From a virus (lineage: Duplodnaviria; Heunggongvirae; Uroviricota; Caudoviricetes), in the IMG/VR virus record IMGVR_UViG_2751185968_000010: a stretch of 8,544 nt of DNA, one strand, 5' to 3'. Position numbers and translations under genes: made by a program. The notes under the pieces are model-generated. The model did no database searches. It saw only the letters and a list, made by a program, of their open reading frames with translations, and was not told the DNA's origin. The stretch's first letter is position 1. Each line of letters starts with the position of its first letter. Shown piece after piece: positions 1 through 6,377 of the stretch.

Positions 1-163
1 CATCGTCGCCCTTCCACTGGTTATCCCAGCCCTCAGGCTTCACTTTAAAGTACGGCGGGTCCGTGACTATCAGGTCAACAGAATTTTCGGGTAACGACCG
101 GATAAATTCCAGGCAGTCGGCGTTGATTAACTCACAACTGGATATTTTTACAGTATTAAGCAT
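1..163 (-). CDS. DNA methyltransferase, N-terminal 54 codons (beta-class N6-adenine/N4-cytosine type); gene continues beyond the window start
   Basis: Minus-strand ORF starting at ATG (163-161) and open to position 1. My translation: MLNTVKISSCELINADCLEFIRSLPENSVDLIVTDPPYFKVKPEGWDNQWKGDD. The D-P-P-Y motif near the N-terminus is the catalytic motif IV of amino-MTases. Not in the ORF track because it is partial. Confidence 0.75.
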   Translation of the reverse strand, partial: MLNTVKISSCELINADCLEFIRSLPENSVDLIVTDPPYFKVKPEGWDNQWKGDD

Positions 164-256
164 GGATCATTAAGCCTGTCTCTGATAGGCTCATTCTGCT
201 TTTGCGCAAAGCAGTGGGCCTGAGGTTTGCTTGTGAACCCAACGCATGAGCAGATG

Positions 257-285
257 GCTGGTGGGTGCCCCTAACACCCACCAGC
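257..285. repeat. Perfect 11-bp inverted repeat GCTGGTGGGTG / CACCCACCAGC with 7-nt loop (GC-rich stem-loop); no adjacent U-tract
   Basis: Read directly from the sequence. Lies in the leader between a minus-strand terminator and the methyltransferase start. Confidence 0.6.
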
Positions 286-298
286 GCCCATTTACCAC

Positions 299-326
299 AA
301 ATAAAAAAGCCTTCACTGCGGAAGGC
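299..326 (-). terminator. Rho-independent terminator (minus strand) at the 3' end of the small ORF
   Basis: Stem GCCTTC / GAAGGC (309-314 / 321-326) with 6-nt loop; on the minus strand it is followed by UUUUUUAUUU (plus-strand A-tract 302-308). The stop codon of the 313-510 ORF lies within the stem. Confidence 0.5.
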
Positions 327-510
327 GTCTGTAACAACCGAACTGATAGTCTGCCAGATCCGCCATAACCAGCTGGGTCAGTATTAACTGGCAGCGTTCG
401 CGTGAAAGGTAAGTATTCTGCGCTATCTCCCCGACTGTCGCCGGTTCGGTAACGCTTAATTCATTAAACACCACTCTGGCGGTTTCTGTCATATCCTGCT
501 GTTTTAGCAT
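313..510 (-). CDS. Small hypothetical protein (65 aa from ATG 510-508); possible helix-turn-helix DNA-binding protein
   Basis: ORF-track ORF 313..597 trimmed to the first in-frame ATG (MLKQQDMTETARV...), preceded by AGGGA about 7 nt upstream. The segment ATVGEIAQNTYLSRERCQLILTQLV looks like an HTH. Bracketed by two minus-strand terminators. Confidence 0.45.
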   Translation of the reverse strand: MLKQQDMTETARVVFNELSVTEPATVGEIAQNTYLSRERCQLILTQLVMADLADYQFGCYRRLPQ

Positions 511-631
511 GTCTTTTTCCCTTTTCCGGTTAACGTGACACACCAATAACTCTTGTCGAAAAAGCCAGCAAGCTGAAAGACAGGTATTCACCGCCACCAG
601 CGCGTTTACTATACTGACGCGATTTCAGTCA

Positions 632-657
632 TAAAAAACCCGCCAGGCGGCGGGGTG
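632..657 (-). terminator. tR'-like intrinsic terminator about 60 nt downstream of the PR'-like start
   Basis: Minus-strand RNA CCCGCC-GCCU-GGCGGG followed by UUUUUUAU; no U-tract on the plus strand. Confidence 0.55.
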
Positions 658-690
658 TAAAAAATCTTCTAACGTCAGGCATAAAACGCC

Positions 691-731
691 CATCGTTAGA
701 GCAAATTTACCACAGATTCGGGAAAAATCAA
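691..731 (-). promoter_or_regulatory. PR'-like late promoter with probable Q-utilisation (qut) region
   Basis: Minus strand: -35 TTGATT (731-726), 16-nt spacer, -10 TAAATT (709-704). The segment GGTAAATTTGCTCTAACGATGGG closely resembles my recollection of lambda PR' (GGTAAATTTGACTCAACGATGGG). Sits immediately downstream of the Q gene. Confidence 0.55.
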
Positions 732-736
732 CAACA

Positions 737-1558
737 CTATCGCGTTACCCTCTTTAACTGCCGCTCCGCCCATGCCTCTTCAATGTCAAACCGAACCACC
801 AACGTATCGTAAAAGCGTTTCACTGATTTTTTCCACGTATCAAGCGTGATAGCACTCGTCACTTTGCATATGGCATTAAATGCCTCCGTTGATGGTAGTC
901 TTTCACAGCCACGACCACCACAACGCTGGCAGTCTCTGATAACAGGCATACCACGTTTTACCGACTCTTCACGATGAATGGCGACACCACGCCCACGGCA
1001 ATCCTTACAGGCGGTGGAAACCTCACCCTTTCCGCCACACTCCGGACAGGCAACTTTTACCACCTCCCTGACTTTTTTCCATTCTTCCCAGTAAGACGGA
1101 TACACACCTTTCGTACACTTTGCCCATACCGGCGGCTTACCATCCGGATACTGGATCTTGTTTGTAAAAACCTCGCTTTCAATAAATTTTTTTCCGTGAC
1201 AGCAGGAGCACTGTTTTTTGCTCGCCGCGCTACGGGCATAATCTTCAAACGCATACGAAGCCATAATACGCATCACTGCCGGTTTTATTTCTGCCGGGAG
1301 TTTTCTTAACGCCGCCACGCGATCACACCGACTGAGTGCATATTCTGTCAGCAATTCTGTTGCCCGCTCTCTGTCATTCATACTAATGCCCATTTTCCCA
1401 AGGAACGCAGAAAACCCCATCTCAGCCCGATTCTGTGTCATGCCCTGCGCGGCCATCACATCAGTGATACTCAGCGCATCTTTCGACGTTGAGGCCGATG
1501 CATCAGTCAGGCCGGGGGATTTTGGGGAGTAGTATTTCGGTAAATCTTCCAGTTTCAT
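737..1558 (-). CDS. Q: Late-gene antitermination protein Q (lambda-Q family) with an expanded cysteine-rich insert
   Basis: 273-aa ORF. N-terminus MKLEDLPKYYSPKSPGL...DVMAAQGM and C-terminus YDTLVV...RVTR align with my recollection of lambda Q (MRLESVAKFHSPKSP...DVMAAMGM ... YDALVV...AVTR). Contains CSCCHGKK, CPECGGKG, CKDCRGRG and CQRCGGRG repeats. Start ATG overlaps the rusA stop (ATGA). Confidence 0.8.
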   Translation of the reverse strand: MKLEDLPKYYSPKSPGLTDASASTSKDALSITDVMAAQGMTQNRAEMGFSAFLGKMGISMNDRERATELLTEYALSRCDRVAALRKLPAEIKPAVMRIMASYAFEDYARSAASKKQCSCCHGKKFIESEVFTNKIQYPDGKPPVWAKCTKGVYPSYWEEWKKVREVVKVACPECGGKGEVSTACKDCRGRGVAIHREESVKRGMPVIRDCQRCGGRGCERLPSTEAFNAICKVTSAITLDTWKKSVKRFYDTLVVRFDIEEAWAERQLKRVTR

Positions 1559-1929
1559 TTTTTGACCTGCCCTTCAAGCATTATGGGGTAAATCTTCACG
1601 CCCAGCCGCCCCCCAGGAACGCGCTGACCGCGCACAATATTGATTTCATCAAACTGCTCGTCGTCTATGAGAAGTCCGGCATGCGTCAGCGCATCCAGTG
1701 GTGCTTTCAGAATATTGTCCAGGTCGCGACGACGCTTATCCGGTGGCTCTGCAATCACCTTTATCGCCAGCCTTCCGGACAGGCTTAATTTCAGCCGCTG
1801 CTGGCGAACAATAAGCGCCACAGCCCGGCGATAACGCTTTCCCTCCTCCGAGATAAAATATGTGCTGCCACGGCGTCGCCAGTAAGTGTTCACCGTCGGC
1901 GGGTAAGGTAAAACCAAATCTATGAGCAT
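1555..1929 (-). CDS. rusA: Holliday junction resolvase RusA (prophage-encoded)
   Basis: 124-aa ORF. The segment KRRRDLDNILKAPLDALTHAGLLIDDEQ...GGRL matches the conserved RusA core (K-12 RusA has [22 protein letters not shown]). SD AAGAGGTGA upstream; 4-nt overlap with Q. Confidence 0.9.
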   Translation of the reverse strand: MLIDLVLPYPPTVNTYWRRRGSTYFISEEGKRYRRAVALIVRQQRLKLSLSGRLAIKVIAEPPDKRRRDLDNILKAPLDALTHAGLLIDDEQFDEINIVRGQRVPGGRLGVKIYPIMLEGQVKK

Positions 1930-1941
1930 CAGTCACCTCTT

Positions 1942-2988
1942 TTACCCAAGCACGCCAGTTGCAAAGGCGTGATCAAGAAAACGAAAAATTAAATCAACCT
2001 GAGAACCATGCTTTTCTTCGAACGCCAGAGGATCCGCATGAAGCTCGTTGTGATGCTCCCGACACAGCGGTAGCGTGAAAATATCGTGAGATTTTGTCCC
2101 CATTCCGCCCTGACCATGACCAATCAGGTGATGGGGATCGTCGGCTGGCTTACCACAACACGCACACGGCTGTGTCTTCACCCAGCGTGTGTATTTCTCG
2201 TTAACCCAGCGGCGACGTTTAGGTCGTTTCATGAAAGATTCCGGAGACTCAGGATCAACGGCAATGCTGACCACCGTCTCTTCCTGTGGCGGGTTTTGCT
2301 GGTGGGCGTGAGACAGCGGCGCAAGATTTTTTGTGCGCTGCTTCAGTATGCTGGTGGCGGTCTGCTCTCCCGGTACGATGTCGCTTTCACGGTACATTGA
2401 GCGGATTTTTTCCGCACGCAACCCCAGCGAACGACGTAATACCGCTTCCGGTAGCGCGTCCGCCACCTGATTGCGGACCGCCCACCAGGATAATTCAGCC
2501 AGCGATAATTCCCGTTCCTGCGAGCCATTCATTGCATGGAGTATGACGTCAATCATCCATGCAGACAGGTTTTGGTGAGCAAGTTGCCCGAGTGATTCGG
2601 AGGTCTGGTCGCGCAGCTGGTTGTCGCAGTGCCAGCACAACACCATTGCGCCGGTACCATAACGGTGAATGACGGTTTCACTGTGGTGATAATCGCCGTG
2701 TGGCCACTGGCAGGATTTAACATGGCGCAGTAACCAGTCAGACAATGCGCCAGCGCCACCAGCAGCACGAATCACTCGTTCGTCGCTGAAAAATGGCAGT
2801 AATGATTTATCCTCCGCCAGCGGCTGGCGAACGGCAGGAACGACCCCGGACGACAGATTACGCATGCTTTTCGGTTCCGGCTCCACCAGTACCCGGGTAT
2901 TGTGGAATACCGGCATGGATTCACGGCCCGGCTTAACGATCACCAGCCCGAGTTCCGGTACCAGAACAGGTCGAAGTAATACCCGCAC
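1942..2988 (-). CDS. Prophage DUF968-like protein with C-terminal HNH-like motif (YdfU-like)
   Basis: 348-aa ORF with GTG start directly after the upstream stop and SD GGAGG 4 nt upstream. C-terminus PCACCGKPADDPHHLIGHGQGGMGTKSHDIFTLPLCREHHNELH has a CxxC...HH...CxxHH...H pattern typical of HNH/zinc-ribbon nucleases. Size and position recall the Qin-prophage protein YdfU. Confidence 0.7.
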   Translation of the reverse strand: MRVLLRPVLVPELGLVIVKPGRESMPVFHNTRVLVEPEPKSMRNLSSGVVPAVRQPLAEDKSLLPFFSDERVIRAAGGAGALSDWLLRHVKSCQWPHGDYHHSETVIHRYGTGAMVLCWHCDNQLRDQTSESLGQLAHQNLSAWMIDVILHAMNGSQERELSLAELSWWAVRNQVADALPEAVLRRSLGLRAEKIRSMYRESDIVPGEQTATSILKQRTKNLAPLSHAHQQNPPQEETVVSIAVDPESPESFMKRPKRRRWVNEKYTRWVKTQPCACCGKPADDPHHLIGHGQGGMGTKSHDIFTLPLCREHHNELHADPLAFEEKHGSQVDLIFRFLDHAFATGVLG

Positions 2989-2989
2989 G

Positions 2990-3268
2990 TTACCTCCAGA
3001 TACGTTGCTGGAATGTGCGGGACGGACGCGGTGGCCGTTCGGAGTAAGGGAGCCTGACGGAGATTATCCAGTGACGGTAGTCGAGGCTAAGGGCTTTTTT
3101 AACCTCGCATCCGCGCCTGCGGTAACACTGAATGAGCCAATCGGCCTGTTCTTCAGTGCATGGGGGATGCTGGTACCAGTCTGACTTAAATGCATGAGAA
3201 TACCGCTCGTGCGTGTGGGCAAGAACGGTCGAATTATCATGATTGTAATATTTTGCGTTGCGTGCCAT
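2990..3268 (-). CDS. Hypothetical prophage protein (92 aa), translationally coupled to the downstream DUF968 gene
   Basis: ATG start with GGAG about 8 nt upstream; its stop is 1 nt before the next start; E. coli-like composition. No family recognised. Confidence 0.55.
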   Translation of the reverse strand: MARNAKYYNHDNSTVLAHTHERYSHAFKSDWYQHPPCTEEQADWLIQCYRRRGCEVKKALSLDYRHWIISVRLPYSERPPRPSRTFQQRIWR

Positions 3269-3334
3269 CGGTTTTCTCCGGTGGCACGGTGTTACTCAGC
3301 GGGAGTTCAGCCCCGCGCAAGATTGTAGATGAGT

Positions 3335-3586
3335 TTATTCTTCTGAAAAAGCAGAAAAGCCAGCTTTTATTCCGATCTCTTTCAATGCCTGTAATGAAGT
3401 GACAAACTCACCGTCGCGCAAGATAAATCCGTCCGTCACTCGGGCATCCACAAAATTAATTAACGCAGCCCCATTTTTTTGCAAACACACAATGCGGTAA
3501 TGACTAACAATATTTCCATTTTCAACGCACACAGCATAGAGGCCATCTTCACAAAAAATTTTACGCAGTTCTTCGATGTTCATCAT
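3335..3586 (-). CDS. Small hypothetical prophage protein (83 aa), immediately downstream of the hok locus
   Basis: ATG start with SD GGAAGGA 7 nt upstream. Same size and position as rem in the Qin prophage of K-12, as I recall that gene order; sequence identity not confirmed. Confidence 0.55.
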   Translation of the reverse strand: MMNIEELRKIFCEDGLYAVCVENGNIVSHYRIVCLQKNGAALINFVDARVTDGFILRDGEFVTSLQALKEIGIKAGFSAFSEE

Positions 3587-3664
3587 CAGAATCCTTCCGG
3601 ATAATTAGCTCTCCCCTTTAAGGGACCATCCCTCTTATCCCTGCGCGCTACTTAAGTATTTTTG

Positions 3665-3694
3665 ATTCTATTCCGGCACCGTCCAGAACTTCAA
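3665..3694 (-). promoter_or_regulatory. Candidate sigma70 promoter for the small-gene/DUF968/rusA/Q operon
   Basis: Minus strand: -35 TTGAAG (3694-3689), 18-nt spacer, -10 TAGAAT (3670-3665). Located between the hok terminator and the next gene. Weak by itself. Confidence 0.25.
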
Positions 3695-3700
3695 ACGCGT

Positions 3701-3733
3701 TGAAAATAAAAACAAAAACCCGCCGAAGCGGGT
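3701..3733 (-). terminator. Rho-independent terminator at the hok mRNA 3' end
   Basis: Minus-strand RNA CCCGC-UUCG-GCGGG followed by UUUUUGUUUUUAUUUU. Just upstream on the RNA, CCUCAACGCACC is complementary to the mRNA 5' end GGUGCUUGAGG (fbi/tac-like pairing). Confidence 0.65.
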
Positions 3734-3802
3734 TAAGTGCGGGTGCGTTGAGGATGCCTGCCACATCAGAGGTGGCGAGGGATTTCTCCCTCGCCGGGTC
3801 TC

Positions 3803-3958
3803 TTACTCCTCAGGTTCGTAAGCTGTGAAGACAGCGACCTCCGTCTGGCCGGTTCGGATTCGTACCTCGCAGAGGTCTTTCCTCGTTACCAGTGCCGTCA
3901 CTATGACGGTTAAACAGATGACGATCAGGGCGATTAGCATCGCCTTTTGCTGCTTCAT
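3803..3958 (-). CDS. hokD: Hok-family type I toxin (HokD/RelF-like), 51 aa
   Basis: Translation MKQQKAMLIALIVICLTVIVTALVTRKDLCEVRIRTGQTEVAVFTAYEPEE matches my recollection of HokD (RelF) and is close to Gef. SD AAGGAGAAG upstream. Single TM helix followed by the conserved C-terminal domain. Confidence 0.9.
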   Translation of the reverse strand: MKQQKAMLIALIVICLTVIVTALVTRKDLCEVRIRTGQTEVAVFTAYEPEE

Positions 3959-4128
3959 AGCCTGCTTCTCCTTGCCTTTCGGCACGTAAGAGGCTAACCT
4001 ACGTGTGTAGAGCATAGATATGGCCTCAGATTAATGTTAAGCGTCTTGCCGGACGCGTAATGTTAACTGGGGCTTTTCTCTATCTGCCTTTGGTGTTGAT
4101 GCCCGAGGCAGATAGCCTCAAGCACCCG
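3959..4128 (-). promoter_or_regulatory. hok mRNA leader: tac-like 5' element, sok-target region and an in-frame upstream (mok-like) start at 4015-4013
   Basis: Minus-strand leader GGTGCTTGAGGCTATCTGCCTCGGGC... parallels the plasmid R1 hok leader (GGCGCTTGAGGCTTTCTGCCTCATGACG...) as I recall it. The upstream ATG opens a frame continuous with hok (track ORF 3803..4015). Confidence 0.5.
3986..4060 (+). ncRNA. Candidate Sok-like antisense RNA (type I antitoxin); ends approximate
   Basis: Plus strand CTTGCCTTTCGGCACGTAAGAGGCTAACCT... is positionally and sequence-wise analogous to the R1 sok promoter/5' region (..CTTGCGCAAAGCGCGGTAAGAGGCTATCCT..). Antisense to the mok-like start. Confidence 0.35.
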
Positions 4129-4133
4129 CAGCA

Positions 4134-4162
4134 ATTCTACTTAACTACCGTTACCTCGCCAA
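4134..4162 (-). promoter_or_regulatory. Candidate hok promoter
   Basis: Minus strand: -35 TTGGCG (4162-4157), 17-nt spacer, -10 TAGAAT (4139-4134), about 7 nt upstream of the inferred mRNA 5' end GGTGCTTGAGG. Confidence 0.4.
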
Positions 4163-4537
4163 TATGAAATCAATCAGAAAGGTGATCCATAAGAACAACA
4201 GCAAGACAATAAATTGCCATTACAGCAGCAATAGCCAGCGCACATTTGAGAACCAGCACCACAACCTCCTGTATTGGACGTACACCAGTCCTGATAAATA
4301 TGAGGCTGTCTCGTCAGTGATTCAATACAACTACTGGGTATAGTTTCTATGATTTTGTTCTGTGGAAATGGAAAACAGCAACCAGTCACCACCAGCACTT
4401 CTTTAAACATGCCAAGTCACACGCAAGCCAACATTATAGTTCCCTTTGAGCGAGCAGATGAAGCTAGCAAAAATATTGATCACTTAGGATGCATTACTAA
4501 CGTTGCTATGTGTTAACGAACAGGGAGTGGGTCATCA

Positions 4538-4553
4538 GCATAAATATTTATGC
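4538..4553. repeat. Perfect 16-bp palindrome GCATAAATATTTATGC about 150 bp upstream of the membrane-protein gene
   Basis: Read directly; the reverse complement is identical. Confidence 0.6.
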
Positions 4554-4700
4554 AGTAGGTTTCTTTTAGGACTAGATTAATCAAAAACATTTAGATAAAA
4601 TTATAAAATCAAGAAATTGGTGGCAATTAATCTTTAATTGTGCCAGCTGAATTTCGTTATTATAGAAGATTAGCTTTTTTTTGAATGTTTGGAGAGTAAA

Positions 4701-5480
4701 ATGTTAGAACCACCAAAGAGTTATAATGAAATGTTGCCTATGCTCCATAAGGCGACTTTTATTACTACATTTATATTTTACCTATCATTAGTCATTTATG
4801 GCTACATGCCATTGGTTGGCATTAATGCCAAGTATATCCCCCCCGTTAAAGACTACGAGGAATTTATTAAATGGATATTAACCTTTGGCATATTACCAAT
4901 TGCATCTTCAGTTTTTTGGTCAGTAATTAGTGGAGCTTTAGATCTACATAATAATGTAGCAAAAATTATTGGAATAAGGAAGATGTGGGATAGTCATTTA
5001 ATTATTAAACCATTAGCAAAAATTGCAGGCGTTACGAGAAAATTAACTACTGATGAATCTCACAAGGTAATGAGTAAACTGTATTACCCAGAAGTTAAAG
5101 AGTTAAAAGACAAACATTACGTTGAACTTTTCTGGAACAAAGTTTATTACTTTTGGGTTTTCTTTGAACATACAGTAATCGCATTTGTTACTATTTTAAT
5201 AATAAGTATCGCCAAATTAACAAATATATTCTCTGTTACTGGCTCTTTAATTAATCTTTGGTTGTGGATTATTTCTCTTGTCGCATTTGACTTCCTTATT
5301 TTCATAGCATCAGTTAAACCAAGAACAGAAAGCCAAGTAAGACAAATACCTGATAGCAAAATAAAAGAATTCTTTAACAATAACAATATTTTTTTAAACG
5401 AGGTTGATTTTGAATTACAAAATAAATGGAATAAACATACGTTCAGAAAATGCAGCGAAACCGCACACTATGCCATCTAA
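4701..5480 (+). CDS. Hypothetical integral membrane protein, 259 aa, four predicted TM helices
   Basis: ATG at 4701 with SD GGAGAG 4 nt upstream (track ORF starts at an upstream TTG). Hydrophobic segments ATFITTFIFYLSLVIYGYMPLVGI, WILTFGILPIASSVFWSVISGAL, VYYFWVFFEHTVIAFVTILIISIA, LINLWLWIISLVAFDFLIFIASV. A 780-nt open frame in 30% GC DNA is unlikely by chance. Confidence 0.7.
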   Translation: MLEPPKSYNEMLPMLHKATFITTFIFYLSLVIYGYMPLVGINAKYIPPVKDYEEFIKWILTFGILPIASSVFWSVISGALDLHNNVAKIIGIRKMWDSHLIIKPLAKIAGVTRKLTTDESHKVMSKLYYPEVKELKDKHYVELFWNKVYYFWVFFEHTVIAFVTILIISIAKLTNIFSVTGSLINLWLWIISLVAFDFLIFIASVKPRTESQVRQIPDSKIKEFFNNNNIFLNEVDFELQNKWNKHTFRKCSETAHYAI

Positions 5481-6063
5481 CTATCTCTGTAAACAGATTG
5501 AAAGCACTAATAAAAATGGCAATGCCCTTGATTTTGGATGTGGAAAACTTAGATATTCAGAACAATTAGTAAATAAATTTGAAACTGTGACATTTTTAGA
5601 TTCCAGAAGACAACTAGAAAGAGTGCAAATTATCAGAGGTGTACAAACCACGATTCCAGATTACGTGATAAATAACTATAAGAATGCTAATATTGTTTCT
5701 TATGAAAATATAGATAAAATAACAAATCATTATGATTTCATACTTTGCGCAAACGTGCTTTCCGCAATTCCATGTGAATCCACAATTCACAAAGTCCTCA
5801 GTGCGATTAGAGAATTATTAAAGAGTGATGGTGAAGCACTGATTGTCAATCAATACAAAAGTTCTTATTTCAAGAGGTACGAGAGCGGTATTAAACATTT
5901 GCATGGGTATATATACCAAAACTCTCGTAATGCTTTCTACTATGGTTTATTAGATGTGGATACTGTAAGTAAAATATGCTCAGATAATAATTTAGAAATA
6001 ATAAAATCATGGAGCAAAGCAGGTAGTTCATATGTGGTTGTTGGTAAACATATACATATTTAG
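5470..6063 (+). CDS. Small class-I SAM-dependent methyltransferase (197 aa from ATG 5470; alternative TTG starts at 5404/5410)
   Basis: Rossmann MTase motifs in order: motif I ALDFGCGKL, acidic post-I VTFLD, motif II DFILCANVL, motif III LLKSDGEALIV. No (D/N/S)PP(Y/F) motif, so probably not a DNA amino-MTase. ATG 5470 overlaps the upstream stop (ATGCCATCTAA). Confidence 0.65.
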   Translation: MPSNYLCKQIESTNKNGNALDFGCGKLRYSEQLVNKFETVTFLDSRRQLERVQIIRGVQTTIPDYVINNYKNANIVSYENIDKITNHYDFILCANVLSAIPCESTIHKVLSAIRELLKSDGEALIVNQYKSSYFKRYESGIKHLHGYIYQNSRNAFYYGLLDVDTVSKICSDNNLEIIKSWSKAGSSYVVVGKHIHI

Positions 6064-6377
6064 TTTATTTCAACAAATTATTAGAAAGAGTGATTTGCTT
6101 GTTAATTATTAGCTCGGCAGTGCCGGATCAACATGACCCTGCCACTTAGGCCATTGCCGGTTTATCTACTTTTGTAAGGTTCAGCATGAAGTTTTTATAT
6201 ACTCTTCCTAATATCAATAGTGATGCTCGCTTATGTTAGCTGCTTCTTGTACATAGTAGCCTTCTCCGACAGTACTGCAATGAGCGGAGAGTAAAAGTCG
6301 ATAAACAATAAGGAGGTTCACAATAAATATTTCTCGGTGAAACTTTCAAAGCATTCTCTGTTTTGCTAAATCGACAA

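Noticed and set aside
170-300. Possible tRNA downstream of Q, as in Stx-phage tRNA clusters
   Set aside because: No cloverleaf signature on either strand (no GTTC-type T-arm with a matching acceptor stem); the structures present are simple hairpins.
974-2768. Track ORFs 974..1309(+), 1057..1254(-), 1489..1788(+), 1640..1834(+), 1736..1936(-), 2086..2400(+), 2286..2546(+), 2343..2528(-), 2553..2768(-)
   Set aside because: All lie inside or antisense to the well-supported Q, rusA and DUF968 genes and have Arg/Cys/Pro-rich translations typical of shadow frames in GC-rich coding DNA.
2864-3402. Plus-strand track ORFs 2864..3184 and 3190..3402
   Set aside because: Antisense to the coupled minus-strand 92-aa and 83-aa genes; no start context.
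4174-4410. 78-aa minus-strand ORF with a cysteine-rich, low-complexity translation
   Set aside because: Composition is implausible for a protein, there is no SD, and it overlaps the hok promoter region and the better-formed 59-codon plus-strand frame; most likely a chance open frame.
5147-5386. Minus-strand 79-aa ORF inside the membrane-protein gene
   Set aside because: Antisense shadow of a much longer, SD-preceded plus-strand gene.
6309-6317. Strong Shine-Dalgarno-like AAGGAGGT on the plus strand
   Set aside because: No ATG/GTG/TTG follows at usable spacing in an open frame (stops within a few codons); probably fortuitous in the 3' region of the convergent gene.
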